A stretch of DNA of 64,000 bases from an uncultured Acidobacteriota bacterium (GTDB taxonomy: Bacteria; Acidobacteriota; Polarisedimenticolia; J045), in the NCBI GenBank assembly GCA_963702425.1, contig CAVPCQ010000017.1:1-64000 (forward strand), given 5' to 3'. Below, piece by piece: positions 1-11,900 of the stretch. Made by a program: the position numbers and the translations under genes. Every line of letters starts with the position of its first letter. Position 1 is the stretch's first letter. The notes under the pieces were generated by a model, which saw nothing but the letters and a program-made list of their open reading frames with translations, did not search any database and was not told the DNA's origin.

Positions 1-2283
1 AAGTCTTGCCGGTCCTCCAGTCCCGGGGAGCGCCCCGAGACTGTCGCCGCGGAGACGCCCGAGCGTCCGCGGCGAGGGAAGGGATGATCGGATGATGACG
101 CGGCTGGAGACGCAAATTCTTGTGAAAGCAGGGCATACGCAGGCTGACATCGCCCGACGCCTGCACCTCTCGGAGCGATCGGTCCGCACCATTGGTCAGG
201 AACCGGCGGTGTTCCCCGAGGCCTTCGTCGCCCCTCCGCCCGGCCGGGGTCGGCCGTCGAAGGTGGACCCTTTCCGGAACCGTGTCACGGCGGTGCTGGC
301 AGGGGAGCCCGAGCTGCCCTCGCTCGAGATCGTGCGGCGGCTGCAGCTGGCGGGGTACGACGGCCAGAAGAGCGCGCTGTACGCGTTGATCGCTTCGTTG
401 CGCCAGCCCGACGCGGCCGCTGGTGCGCTTCGGGGGCGTGGCGGGCAAGTTGGCAGCATGACTTCGGCCACGTCGACGTTCGTTTCCGGAATGGCAGGGT
501 GAAGCGGATCCACTTCGCCTCGCGGCTGAAGTACTCGCGTGATGCCCGCGTGACGGTGGTCGAGAACAGCAAGTCGAAGCGCTGGTCCGTGCGCTGATCG
601 GTCACTACGCCGCCTCGGGTGGCTTCATTGTTGTCGGTGTTCGATCGGCCGAAGACGGTGGTGTTGAAGTGGTCGAAGGACGGCACGGTCACGGACTGAA
701 TTCGACCTTCGCGGGGGTGATGCTCGAGCTGGGGGTGGGGATCGAGCTGTGCTGGCCGGGTCGAGGCCAGGAGAAGGGTTCGTTGAGAATCTCGTGGGCT
801 GGGTGAAGGGGTCGTTCTTCAAGGTCCGGTGTTCTGGGACGATACGGACCTACGGGAACAGCTCGCCGAATGGCACGTCGAGGTCAACACAAAGCGGCCG
901 TGTCGTGCGACCGGCGTGATTCCTGCAGCGCGCCTGGTCGAGGAGCGCGAACGTCTTCGCCCGCCCAAGGTGGCACCGGACGAGCTCGCGCTGCGGATCC
1001 CGGTCGTCGTCGGTCCGACGGCGACGGTGCTGCACGAGACCCACACCTACTCGATGGATCCGGAGGCGATCGGCATCGGCGGGACGCTCTTCCTCTACCC
1101 CCAGCGTGTCCGGATCGTCGCGGGCCGGTTTGCTGCCGATCATCCGCGGCTCTGGAAGCGCGGCGAGCGCTCGATCCTGCCCGAGCATCGCGCGCAGCTG
1201 GTGGCGGCAGTGTCCGGGAAACGCGCGAAACGGTATTTGAAGCGCCAGCACCTGCTCGAACTCGGTCAGGTCGCCTTCGACTACATCACGGAGATCGTGC
1301 ATCGGCGGCCCCGGGCCTGGGTCGGGGACATCGACCGGCTCCACGACCTGCTGCAGCAGCACGGGCCGGAGTCGCTGCGCCGGGCGTTTCAACTCGGCCT
1401 GGCGCAGAACACCTTCGGAGCGGAGTACATCGCCCACTTCCTGGATGACCGCTTGGGTCCTCGCCGTGTCGGGGAGATGGCCCGATGAGCGACAGCGGGA
1501 CCGGCCTCGATCCTCTCTTCCGTCGACTGCATCTCGCCAACGCGCCGCGCGTGTGGCGTGAACTGGCCGACCGTGCCGAGCGGGAACAGTGGTCCTACCA
1601 CGACTTCCTCACCGCGCTCATCACCGGTGAGGTCGCGCATCGGCAGCAGACCCGCATCCAGCGGCTCGTCCGGCGCGCACGGTTTCCGTACCTCAAGACG
1701 ATCGACGACTTCGACTTCTCGCGACAGACGGCGCTGCGGCCGGCCCAGCTGGGCTCGTTTCTCTCGCCCGATTTCGTCACCGACGGCCGCTCGTTGATCC
1801 TGCGCGGCAAGTCCGGCCGCGGCAAGACGCACCTCGCGATCGCGATCGCCTACAAGGCGATCCAGAGCGGCTTCGATGCCTACTTCGTGACCGCCGCCGC
1901 GCTCATCGACGAGCTGTCCCGCGCCAGCGACGAAAAGCGCCTCGAGGCGGCGCTGCCCACCTACACCCATCCTGCGGTGCTCGTGGTCGACGAGCTCGGG
2001 TATCTCACCTACGCCAACGACGCAGCCAACGTGCTCTACCACGTGGTCAACAACCGCTATCTGAAGCACCGGTCGATGATCTTCACGACGAACAAACCGC
2101 TCGATGTCTGGGGCGCCGTGCTCCACGACAACGACCTCGCCACCGCGATCCTCGACCGGGTCCTCGAGCGGGGCCGGGCCCTCGTCCTGGACGGTCCGTC
2201 TCACCGGACCATGCACCTCGGGATTGACGACCCGACCGCCCCTGTGGCATCAAACGAACCGGCAGGAGTTTCTGGAACCCACA
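1..2283 (+). mobile_element. IS21-family element (left end just outside window)
   Basis: istA+istB pair; right end ...CCGGCAGGAGTTTCTGGAACCCACA at 2283 matches in inverted form AAGTCTTGCCGG at window start. Confidence 0.85.
92..1488 (+). pseudogene. istA: IS21 transposase IstA, split by several frameshifts
   Basis: N-terminal HTH (TQADIARRLHLSERSVR) in ORF 92-502; C-terminal IstA motifs (VNTKRPCRATG..P, HTYSM) in ORF 829-1488; middle part out of frame. Confidence 0.8.
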
Positions 2284-2402
2284 GCGGCCTCCCGGCGCAC
2301 GGTCTCCCGACCCCCGCGGCCGCTACCTCTCCTGGGCCGAGTTACTGCGCCGAGTGTTCGCTCTGGACGCCCTCCGCTGCCCGCGCTGCTCGTCCCGCAT
2401 GA
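1485..2402 (+). CDS. istB: IS21 helper ATPase IstB (reads through the IS end into flanking DNA)
   Basis: Walker A GKSGRGKT, Walker B LVVDELGY, FTTNKP, AILDR; ATGA overlap with istA. Confidence 0.92.
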   Translation: MSDSGTGLDPLFRRLHLANAPRVWRELADRAEREQWSYHDFLTALITGEVAHRQQTRIQRLVRRARFPYLKTIDDFDFSRQTALRPAQLGSFLSPDFVTDGRSLILRGKSGRGKTHLAIAIAYKAIQSGFDAYFVTAAALIDELSRASDEKRLEAALPTYTHPAVLVVDELGYLTYANDAANVLYHVVNNRYLKHRSMIFTTNKPLDVWGAVLHDNDLATAILDRVLERGRALVLDGPSHRTMHLGIDDPTAPVASNEPAGVSGTHSGLPAHGLPTPAAATSPGPSYCAECSLWTPSAARAARPA

Positions 2403-2761
2403 AAATCCTGGCCCAGATCCACCCACCTGACACGACCCGCGCGATCCTCGAATGCCTCGGGCTGGCCTCCCGGGCCCCGCCCCGCGCCCCGGCCCGCGCC
2501 GAGCCGGACCCGCTCCCCTTTCCCGGCCTCGCCGCGGCGGACTGAACTCCTGCACGAACGCCCCGGCCCACGCGGGTCCTGACCACCCGAAGGGCCGCAC
2601 TCCGCCTCCACGGCGGCCCTCCGCGCGTCCCATGCGGGCCCGAGCGCCGCGACGCGCGGCGCCCGAACGCGGCCCGCCCCCGCGGCCTGCCGCTCCCCCA
2701 TCCCGCAGGTCCGCGGCTAAGCGCTCCGCCTCAGAATCCGCGGCTTGAATCGCTTATCCTC
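2284..2761 (+). mobile_element. 3' remnant of IS91/ISCR-like element, uninterrupted (empty target for both serine-recombinase elements)
   Basis: Encodes RYLSWAELLRRVFALDALRCPRCSSRMKILAQI; ends CTTGAATCGCTTATCCTC as at 41745 and 51984, resembling oriIS termini. Confidence 0.8.
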
Positions 2762-2763
2762 CC

Positions 2764-2784
2764 TGCGGTTGCCGGAACGGTTAC
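2764..2784. repeat. Isolated IS66 terminal inverted repeat
   Basis: TGCGGTTGCCGGAACGGTTAC is the exact reverse complement of the IS66 end at 37875-37895. Confidence 0.8.
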
Positions 2785-2843
2785 TCCTGCACAGGAACAC
2801 AACTCGTTGAAAGGCAAGGCGGACGAGGTTTTGGCGAGGGACA
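2785..2843 (-). repeat. Left-end fragment of the rve element family
   Basis: Reverse complement closely matches 20080-20138 (TGTCCCTCGCCA...). Confidence 0.8.
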
Positions 2844-2995
2844 GCTGGCGCAGCGCCGGCCTCCTGAAGCCGTCGCTCGTCAAGCCCGTCCTCGCGACCG
2901 TTGCCGCGCGGGCTGTCCGCTGCAGGCTGGGTGCGCTGGCCCCTGTCGAGACGGGGCGCCTTGCCCGGCATGCTCGGCGCTTCCTGGTTCCCTGA
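2844..2995 (+). pseudogene. C-terminal fragment of PemK/MazF-like toxin
   Basis: WRSAGLLKPSLVKPVLATV...RLGAL resembles PemK-family C-termini; N-terminus removed by the rve end. Confidence 0.5.
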
Positions 2996-3048
2996 TGTCG
3001 CCCTCGGATCGCCAAGGAAGCACGCGCGGCGCGACCAACCCTCAACAG

Positions 3049-6000
3049 TCACTCCGACGTCACATCCTCGTCGTAGTAGATCGGCGCACCGTACAGGAGC
3101 TCCAGAATCGCCGCCGCAACCTGCTGGCGTACCGCATAGACGGCGTCCGGGTCCGGCATGATCTCGTAAGTCGCAAGCCCACCATTGTTCGGAATCGAAA
3201 CCAGCGCCCGTGCCGCGTCCAGCGCAGCGTTCCCCCGGTCCCATCTCCCATCGTCGACTGGTATCTGGGCCAGTAGATCTTCCAGGATGCGGTAGTAGTC
3301 GTAGTCATCCACGCCATCTCGGACGGCCTCGAGGCGGATACTCGGTACCAGACCGTCGACGCCAACGATGGCCCCCGGATACGTCAGGTATCCATCACCA
3401 TTGTTCTCCTGAACACGATCGGCATGCGGGCCGAAGTTGTAGGTCGTGAAGGGCCGCGAACCAGTGATCCACGGATCTGTCGTCCAGTTCGACAATCCCC
3501 AATACTCGTATCCGCTCAGCTCGTAGGCAAAGCAATACGTGGGGAGCAGCCGTTCGTTTGCCAGGAACGGAGCGTCAATCGCCAAGTGGCCATCGGTCGT
3601 GAACCAGAGCTTTTCGCCAGCCTTTCGCCGCGCACGCATCTCATCGAGTGTGAACATCCCCGTTTGACCGGCGCCCCAATGGGTGATCGCACTGGCCAGT
3701 TGCTTGCAGTATCTCCATGTGCTCGCGAATAGCGGCAACTGGAGCGACTGCGGCAGGCTGTCGTAGATGCCCGTGATGAAGTGCAAGGCAGCAATGACGT
3801 TCTTGTCCTCACAGAACGGTTCGTCCGAGATGTATGTGGAGAAGCGATCCGACCATCCATGTTGATTCACAAGCCATGCGAATTGTGAGTATGCCGAACT
3901 CAGCGCGATCTCGTACCAGGCTCGCTCGGGTCGAGTCCGAACTTCCGTCCGAGCGGTAGTGCCCAGCCTTGCGCCGAAAAGAGCCGGGGGAAAAGCCCGC
4001 CGATGTGCCAAGTTCGTCGAATACGAACGATGAAACGTCCTCATAGGCGGCCGAGTCCATCGTCACCCGCGGGGGTTCATCTGCGGAACGCGTGAAGATC
4101 GGTTCCGGATACACGTGGCCAGGACTGATACGATACTGCGAAACAAACCGATACAGACTCCTCAGTCTGTCGATCTCGCCGTTCGAAGAGTGCCAGAGCT
4201 TCATTGAACTCGAAGACGGCCTGCAAGCCCGGCCGCTCGGGCAGGTCAAACCCCCAGACCTCGTGTTGAATCGGAATCGTCATGGCCACGACACCATTCC
4301 TCGAGACGGAGAGCGTGCCCGAGTACGTTCCAGCCACTGCCGACATGGGGACCGTGACGCGCAACCAGAGGGGCTGGGTGCGGTTCGCTGGGAGAGAAAA
4401 AGAAACGCTCGATGGAGATCCAGCCGTCGACGGAATGAGCGGGTCTGGCCATTCGCCTGGCCATCCGTCGGTAATGCCGTGGTAGTACGCCGGGTCGAAG
4501 GAGACGGGAAGGAACTCCCGTATCCAGTAGTAATCACTCACGAATCCATACCCGGGAGTTCGTGACGCCACTGGGACCATGCCCACCCTGAACACCTCGA
4601 CCGTGGGAGGCTCTCACCGCCGCTGATTCTGGTCAGCGCCGAAGCAGTGATCGTGACATCGCACGCCTGCGTCGACCGGACGGCGATCTGCATCGGCTCG
4701 CGTTCGTTGCGAGCGCTCTTTGTCGCGATCACGCTGGCCGACCTCTCCGGATACGGATCATCGGGGAAGATCTTGACCAGTGGATTTCGCGACCACACGG
4801 CGACGACGCCTCGTCCTTCAGTGGTCTGATGTACTCGGTATAGACCTGTGCGGGAAACGCTTCTGCCAGCAGGACACCGTCGTACCAGATCGTGCCTCTG
4901 GTTGTGTCCGACGTGGACATGCCGAGGTTGCTCTTGACGTTCAGTGTCACCTCTGGCGAAGGCGAATGACTCAATCCGGACTTGATCGACCACTCTTCCG
5001 AGTACGGATCACCGCCCGCGCCATCTCCCCATGCTCCCCAGATGCTGATGAAGTAGTAGCCACTGTCGGCGTACGACCCCCAGAAGGAGTGGCGGCCCTT
5101 GATGCGCTGCATCTTCACGGCTGCAGCATGGAGATACGTCGTGTCGTGCCTTCCTCTAAGCCCCTCCTGGGCCCAGCAGGGGCTCTTCGCAGGTGGCGGG
5201 TCCATTATCGCCACCTTGAATGAGCCCATGGGCGGCCCGAAGGCATCGTTTGTTTGATCGAATGACAATGTGCACCAGTGAGGCTCGCAATCCCACTGCT
5301 GCCAGCCGCTTGATCCATTCACGAGGGGATTGCGGATCAGGTTCAGGGTCTCGTCAAAGACCAGGGCTCTGTATGTGTCCTTGACCTGGTCGAAGGTGTA
5401 TGCCTCACTTGAGATGTACACGAACGCCCGCTTCTCCGTCTGCCATGGCGACACCATGGAGAAGGCAAGCGTTCGAGACGAGTCCCCGACCCCAGAAGGC
5501 CGGAAGCACGGTTCCCGTAGTCGGATCGACGACATGAACCCTGTACGGGAATGCGCTCCCCTCTGAGGTTCTCCACACCATGTGCGTCGCTTTTTCAAGG
5601 TCGACGGTGAGCACCCGACTCGGGGCATCTCCGGTCGCCGACTCGAAGTTCCGCACGCGAACGTCCACTCGCACCTTCCAGGTGCCCGGCAGGAGGGGTG
5701 CCCAAGTATCGGCGCCCAATTGGGTGGAGAGGTGGAGAATTTCCTCTGCAGCGACGGAGACCGCGATCGGCGGTGGGGGCGCGTGAGTCGACGGTTGTTC
5801 GGCTACCGTGATGTTGTCGAACCACGCTTTCCCTGTCGTTCCGTTCAGGGCCGCCGCCAGGGACATCTTGACGGCGTCCCTCTCGGTTCAGGGCGCGACT
5901 GTCGAATTCGATCGAGAACTGCGTCCATCCCTTCGACGTGCCGTGGAAAGGCACCCAGTTCTCATACAGGCCAAAGACGTTCTGGCCCGCGGCATTCGCC

Positions 6001-6813
6001 GCGATGACGGACAATCCGGCCCAGTCGTTGGGGACGACATTCTCATACCTGATCCAGCCCGAGACGGTGTACGTGTGGTTCGGCAGGAGCCGTATCCCCT
6101 CCTGACCCCAGAAGAAGTAGTCCGTGCTGTCTCCTCCTGGCTTGACGTCGAGCCGGACGCAACGAGAGTCATTGATGCCCTCGTTCCGCGAGTACGCGGC
6201 GTCGTGCAGATCGTCCGTGTACATGGTGAACCAGCGCTTCGGCCAGTAGTTCGCGACGTCACCTTGCTCGAAGTCTCCGTTGGTGAAGTAGCCGAGGAAC
6301 TCATCCGGATCAGTGGCTGTCGGGTTGTCGGCGTAGACCCAGTAGGTGTGCGTCTGACCGCTGGGGATGATGTCAACCGCAAAATCGAGGGTATCTCCGT
6401 TGACAATAGGACCAGTTCGTCGGCCGGAGGGTCCGCGCAGGTAGAACAGATGCTCCTTGCCGGTGGGGCCGACGACACGAATCCCCTCGGCTGCCTTGCC
6501 CGCGAGATTGAATCCTCCCTGGCCAACCACCAACTCCACGACGGTACCTGCGGGGAATGAGTAGGCCCACGCCTGGACCGGCGGTATTGGTCACGGCAAC
6601 GGGATAGCGTGAGTGCCAGTAGTCCGTTCCACCACGCACCATCGTGGTGTGCCACGGGTGTGGCGACGTGCCGCTGCGACCGAGTGAATCTGCTGCCTCG
6701 TTGCCGGCTTCGGATCCCAGGAATTCGCCCGATCCGATCGCGCCCAGCACAAGGAAGCACGCGGCCACGAACCTACCGATTCGACATGTCGACGCTCGCT
6801 GCGTGGAGTTCAT
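3049..6813 (-). pseudogene. Large secreted glycoside hydrolase (GH123/DUF4091-like) with carbohydrate-binding modules, broken into about 6 frames
   Basis: Signal-like N-terminus (6813); FTNGDFEQG CBM-like motif; ARNEREPMQI, QPLWLRVTVP..AGTYSG, YISDEP, GDGYLTYPG, PSIRLEAVRDGVDDYDYY in successive minus-strand ORFs. Confidence 0.7.
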
Positions 6814-7283
6814 CTGTCACCCCCTGGCAGAAAGAGGCATCATCGGATGGACCTCTGCGCACCATCACCGTCTGCTGCTCTCCCCTGCGATTGCCCGGCG
6901 TGCTTCCGGGACTACAGCTGGAGATCTCCTGCTGCCGACGCTCGGCCAGGCGCGGATGAGCGCGGTATCGAGTCGGTCCCCGCGAAGTCGCGGCCTCATC
7001 GACCGACCTGAGTCCTCAGCGGCGACATTCGGTCGGCGTTCAGGAGGTCGCGGATGCGCGCGACGAGCACCAGCGGCGATCGCCCGGCGCGCGGCAACCC
7101 AAAACGGACCACCACCACCGGATGACCGACGACAAGAGGGAGTTCTGGGCCACCCTAGAACGGGGCGGGAGACTGCCCATGACGTCGCGCATGGGGGCAT
7201 GGGGCGAGTCTACCGCACCTCGCCTCGTGAGGAGCGACGATCCGGGGGTTCCGGGCTCCAGACAGTATTGCCGGCCGGCGGTC

Positions 7284-7551
7284 TGTAAGTCTTCCCGCCC
7301 CTTGAGCCCCGGAAGTGCCTCGAGATGAACATTGCGGGGGTATTGCGGCGACCCGAAGGCCTCCGGTGAGGCCTACCCCACGCCGCGTCGGTCTTGTCCA
7401 CCTCCTCCCTGGACGGGGTCGGTCCGCCGAGAAGCACCTGGTACGGCGTGCGCCCGGGGGTTCGGTAGCCCTGGTGTGCCCGTTCGCGGTTGTAGAATTC
7501 CATGTACCGGTCGACGTCGGCCTGCAGTTGAGCCGGACTCTCGTAGAACAT
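7284..7551 (-). pseudogene. IS481-like transposase C-terminal remnant
   Basis: LQADVDRYMEFYNRERAHQGYRTPGRTP integrase-core C-terminal motif. Confidence 0.65.
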
Positions 7552-7701
7552 CCCACGTCTGCGCTACGACAATTACTTCTGCCGGCTAACGTAAAGGGTT
7601 TATCCCTCGTGCGCGGTTGGCATGAGGGATAACGACAACTAGATCTGCCGGTCGGGTCCCATCCGACAGGGCATGGGACGCTGCGGGCTGGAGGACGGCT
7701 C

Positions 7702-9186
7702 GTGGTCACCGACGCCCAGGTCAAGTTGCTGAGGCAGAAGATGATGGAAGGGAAAACGCAGGAGGCCGCCGCGGCCGCGGCGGGGTTGAGTGTCCGGACG
7801 GCCCGGGAGTGGAAGGACGGGCCGCTGCCGTCGGAGGCGAAGCAGCCGCGGGACTGGCGGACCCGTCCGGATCCGTTCGCGGTGGCCTGGGAGGAGCGAG
7901 TCGTTCCCCTGTTGCTCGCGGACAAGGACGGCGTGTTGGAAGCGACGACCGTCCTGGCGCAGCTGGAGGAGGAGCAGCCGGGGCGCTTCGGCCTGGCGCA
8001 GCTCCGGACGCTGCAGCGTCGGATCCGGGACTGGCGCGCGCTCCACGGGCCCGAGCGGGAGGTGTACTTCGAGCAGGAGCAGATCCCGGGCCGTGAGGCG
8101 GCGATCGACTTTACGCACGCCAAGGAGTTGGGCGTCACGATCCAAGGCCAGCCGTTCGAGCACCTGCTCTTCGTGTTCGTCCTGGCGTTCAGCGGCTGGA
8201 CCTGGATCAAGGTGGCGCTCGGCGAGACCTTCGAGGCGCTCGTCTCGGGGCTGCAGGGTGCGCTCTGGGCACTCGGCGGCGTGCCGGTGGTGCTGCGCTC
8301 GGACAATCTCTCGGCCGCGACGCACGAGCTGAAGCACAGCGCCGGTCGCAGCCTCAACCAGCGGTTTGCCGCGGTGCTGCTCCATCTTGGCCTGACCTCG
8401 TCGCGTATCCGTCCGGGCCAAGCCCATGAGAATGGCGTCGCCGAGCAGGCCAACGGCCGCCTGAAATCGCTGCTGGTGCAGGCTCTGCTGCTGCGTGGCA
8501 ACACGGACTTTGCCAGCGTGGCCGACTGGGAGAGCTTTGCCCGCGAGGTCGTCGAGCGACGGATCAATCGGCACGTGACGCCCGCTCTGAGCACGGAGCG
8601 GCCGCTGCTCCGGCCGCTCCCGTCGATGCCGGTGCCGTGCTACACGCGCTGGACCCCGATCGTGCGCCGGTGGAGCACGATCCGGGTCGGCGGGCGGACA
8701 TACTCCGTGCCCTCGCGGCTGATCGGCCACCAGCTCGCCGTCCACCAATACGAGGATGCGCTCGAGATCTTCTTCAAGGGCCACCTCGTCGAGCGTGTCG
8801 AGCGCCTGCGGGGGGACAAGAGCCACCGCATCGACTACCGCCACATCATCTGGTCCCTCGTGCGCAAGCCGGGCGCTTTCGCGCGCTACCGGTTCCGCGA
8901 GGAGCTCTTTCCATCCCTGGCCTTCCGCCGGGCCTACGACCACTTGCGGGAGCGGTTCGGGGAGCGCGCCGACGTCGAGTACGTGCGCATCCTGCATCTC
9001 GCAGCAAGCACGATGGAGGCCACGGTCGCGCGCACGCTGGAGGCGCTGCTCGAGGCCGGGGTTCCGTTCGACTACGCCACCGTGCGCGGGGCCGCGGACC
9101 ACGGCTCGCCGGCCGTCCCGGCGATCGCCATCCCGATCCCTGATCCCGCGCTCTACGACCAGCTCCTGGCGGGAGGCGCACGATGA
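7702..9186 (+). CDS. istA: IS21 transposase IstA
   Basis: IDFTH, RSDNLSAA, HENGVAE DDE motifs; YSVPSRLIG. Confidence 0.93.
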   Translation: MVTDAQVKLLRQKMMEGKTQEAAAAAAGLSVRTAREWKDGPLPSEAKQPRDWRTRPDPFAVAWEERVVPLLLADKDGVLEATTVLAQLEEEQPGRFGLAQLRTLQRRIRDWRALHGPEREVYFEQEQIPGREAAIDFTHAKELGVTIQGQPFEHLLFVFVLAFSGWTWIKVALGETFEALVSGLQGALWALGGVPVVLRSDNLSAATHELKHSAGRSLNQRFAAVLLHLGLTSSRIRPGQAHENGVAEQANGRLKSLLVQALLLRGNTDFASVADWESFAREVVERRINRHVTPALSTERPLLRPLPSMPVPCYTRWTPIVRRWSTIRVGGRTYSVPSRLIGHQLAVHQYEDALEIFFKGHLVERVERLRGDKSHRIDYRHIIWSLVRKPGAFARYRFREELFPSLAFRRAYDHLRERFGERADVEYVRILHLAASTMEATVARTLEALLEAGVPFDYATVRGAADHGSPAVPAIAIPIPDPALYDQLLAGGAR

Positions 9187-9983
9187 GCGCCTCGACCGCG
9201 ACCCTCGACCCCGCAGCGCGCATCGCCGAGCTGCTGGCAGCCTTCCGGCTGCCCACGCTCGCGGAGGAGCTGGTCCCGCGACTGCGCCAGGCCGGCTTCG
9301 ACACGGTCCTGCCGACGCTCGCGGAAATCCTCGAGCTCGAAGCCGGTGAGCGCCGCGAGCGCCGCACGGCACGCCTGCTGAAGGCGTCCCGCCTGCCACC
9401 GGCCAAGACCTTCGACACGCTGGAAGAGAAGCGCTTTCCGGCTCCACTCGCCCAGAAGCTGCACGAGTTGGCCCGGGGCGAGTTCCTCGAGCGCGCGGCC
9501 AACGTCCTGGCCTTCGGCCTGCCCGGCGTGGGCAAGAGTCACGCCGCCTGCGCCCTGGGACATGCACTCGTCGCCGCAGGCCACAGCGTCTACTTCACGC
9601 CCGCCTTCCAACTCGTCCAGGAGATGCTCGCCGCCAAGCGCGATCTCCTCCTGCCCCGTTTCCTGCAGAAGCTGGACCTCTTCGAGCTCGTGATCCTGGA
9701 CGACATCGGCTACGTCCAGCAGAACGCCGAGGAGGCCGAGGTCCTGTTCACGCTGATGTCCGAGCGCTATGAGCGCCGGTCTCTGCTGATCACCAGCAAT
9801 CTCGTGTTCAGCGAGTGGGAGCGCATCTTCAAGAGCCCGATGACCACCGTGGCCGCCATCGACCGGGTCGTGCACCACTCCGTGATTCTCGAGTTCGACG
9901 TGAGCAGCTACCGCACCGAGGCCGCGAAGCGGGGCGGCGACCCCCCATCGCCACCAGCCGACAAGGAGCGCCGAAAGCGATGA
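9183..9983 (+). CDS. istB: IS21 helper ATPase IstB
   Basis: GLPGVGKSH, ILDDIGY, ITSNL, AAIDRVVHH. Confidence 0.95.
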   Translation: MSASTATLDPAARIAELLAAFRLPTLAEELVPRLRQAGFDTVLPTLAEILELEAGERRERRTARLLKASRLPPAKTFDTLEEKRFPAPLAQKLHELARGEFLERAANVLAFGLPGVGKSHAACALGHALVAAGHSVYFTPAFQLVQEMLAAKRDLLLPRFLQKLDLFELVILDDIGYVQQNAEEAEVLFTLMSERYERRSLLITSNLVFSEWERIFKSPMTTVAAIDRVVHHSVILEFDVSSYRTEAAKRGGDPPSPPADKERRKR

Positions 9984-10287
9984 CGACCCTCGTGACGGCC
10001 CTCCCAGACACCGGAGCCCCGAGACCCGGCCCACCACCCTTGCTCAGCGCAGCCCCTCCGTTCGCCGTCCGTTCGCCCGCTCCGCGGGCTCACTCCCGGC
10101 TCTCTCCGGGCCTGCGCTGAGGAGCCACGGCATGCGATCCCTTGGCCGCCGACCCCACCCGCCGTCGATGAGGTCGCCATCGACGTCACACACCTACGGC
10201 CCGACCGGCAGAAATAGTTGTCGCCGACCGGCACGAATAGTTGACGTCGCGCACACGTCCCCCCGAGTCCGGGCGGGGAAGGACGCC

Positions 10288-10857
10288 ATGCGCCGGATCG
10301 CTTCGCTTCTCCGTGTCGCCCGCTCGCCCGTCGAGGCGGCTCCGGCGGCTGCCTTGGCCGCTCTCGCCGTCCGGGCCGCCACCCCCTGCGCCGCGTTGGC
10401 CCTGTCCGCTGCCCTCACGCTGGCCCTGCTGGTGTCCGCCGCCGCCCCCGCGCTCGCCGACGACATCACCCTCAGCCTCTCGCCGCCCGAGCTGTACGCC
10501 TGCGGCTGGATCAGCGTCAACGGCGTCGTCTTCAGCGACCGGACGGTCTGGGACCTGGTCTGGGACTGGGGCGACGGGACGACCAGCGTGAGCTGGTTCC
10601 CGGCCTCGCACCGCTACGCCGCCGACGGCGCCCACACGATCACCGTGACCGCGATCGGCTGCACCAGCGAGGTCGAGGTGACGGTGGCCAGCACCTCCGG
10701 CGCCGAGGGCCCCGGCTGCCCGACCGACGACGCGCCCCCCTGCCACGCGGCGCGGCCCTGCCGCTACCTCCACCCCTACAACATGCACCTCGTCGACGAC
10801 GCCAACGGTCCGGTGCCGCTGCACCTCCGCGACGCGGCCGGGACGTCAACGCCGTGC
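10288..10857 (+). pseudogene. Secreted PKD-domain protein, truncated by rve element
   Basis: Hydrophobic leader ending ALA; WDWGDGT...HRY PKD motif; cut at TGTCCTTCGCCA (10858). Confidence 0.65.
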
Positions 10858-11759
10858 TGTCCTTCGCCACAATCGAGTCCGGGCACCCTTGATGGCTCGC
10901 GCGGCTCAGAATGGCAGGCGAACACGCGGGCCGAACGCACACCCGCTCTCGTCGGCGACGGTCATGCGTGGTGGCTGACGGCGATGGCGGTGGTGCGCCT
11001 CTCTGCAAGGGCACACGCCCTCCACGACGAGACCCCGGCGATGGACTTGTCGAGCGGAATCGTCAGGCCGCGCGGCGCCAAGCGTAGCGATGGTGAAGCC
11101 CGCCGAGGCGAGGCAGAGCGATGACCTCGGCGGCTGGATGCGGCTTCGGCTCGACGACTCGCACCGCGGGCGCGTCCTTCTCCAGGGACAAGTGCGTCCG
11201 GTCGTTGAGGTAGTACGAGGCGAAGCCGGCCAGAAGGCGCTGCAGGTGGTTCTCGTTGAGGACGATGACGTGATCCAGGAGATCGCGGCGTGCGGTGCTG
11301 ACGAACCGCTCGGCGACTCCGTTCTGCCAGGGACTGCGAGCCGTGATCTGCTTTGGTTCGATGCCCATGTGGCGGATCGCGGTGAGGACCTCGTGGCCGT
11401 ACCTGGCGTCGCGGTCGAGGATCAGGGAGCGCGGTGCCTGGTCGTAGGGGAACGCCTCGCGGAGTTGCTGCGCGATCCAGGCCGCCGTCGGATGGACAGT
11501 GACACGGAAGAGCATCAGCTCGCGCCGAGCGTGGTGGACGACGAAGAAGACGTAGAGCACGCGGAACGTGGCGGTGGGGACGGTGAAGAAGTCGATCGCG
11601 GCGATGACCTCGCGGTGGTTGGCGAGAAAGGTGCGCCATCGTTGCCGTTCGTCGGGATGGGCCGGGCGCCGGGGCATGGAGCGCGAGACGGTGCGCTCGG
11701 AGACCTCAAGGCCGAGCGTCTGGATCTCGCCGTGGATGCGCGGCGCACCCCACGTCGGA
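10858..11759 (-). mobile_element. rve (IS481/IS3-like) element, 3' half only
   Basis: ORF 11063-11677 with IDFFTV, ILDRD, WQNGVAER, LGGLHHRY; right end TGTCCTTCGCCA; breaks at the RIT end. Confidence 0.85.
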
Positions 11760-11900
11760 AAATGTGGAGCTCCACATTTTCCGACTTATGTGAAGCAGAC
11801 GGTTATGTAGACATGCGCCGACATCGTCGCCGCCACGCCTTGACCGGAGGGGGGGCTCGACAGCGAAGCCGCCGAGCTACTTCACATAACTTTCCGACGC

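Larger units (their letters stand above)
7560..10253 (+). mobile_element. Complete IS21-family element
   Basis: TIR TGCGCTACGACAATTA / TAGTTGACGTCGCGCA with internal reiterations; 6-bp target duplication CACGTC at 7554-7559 and 10254-10259. Confidence 0.95.

Noticed and set aside
2284-2402. IstB C-terminal extension with CxxC as a novel domain
   Set aside because: Read-through past the IS end into an alternative frame of the IS91 remnant
7639-9567. Long antisense ORFs (also 31942-33591, 37936-40209, 62006-63889)
   Set aside because: Shadows of real genes in high-GC DNA, with no motifs
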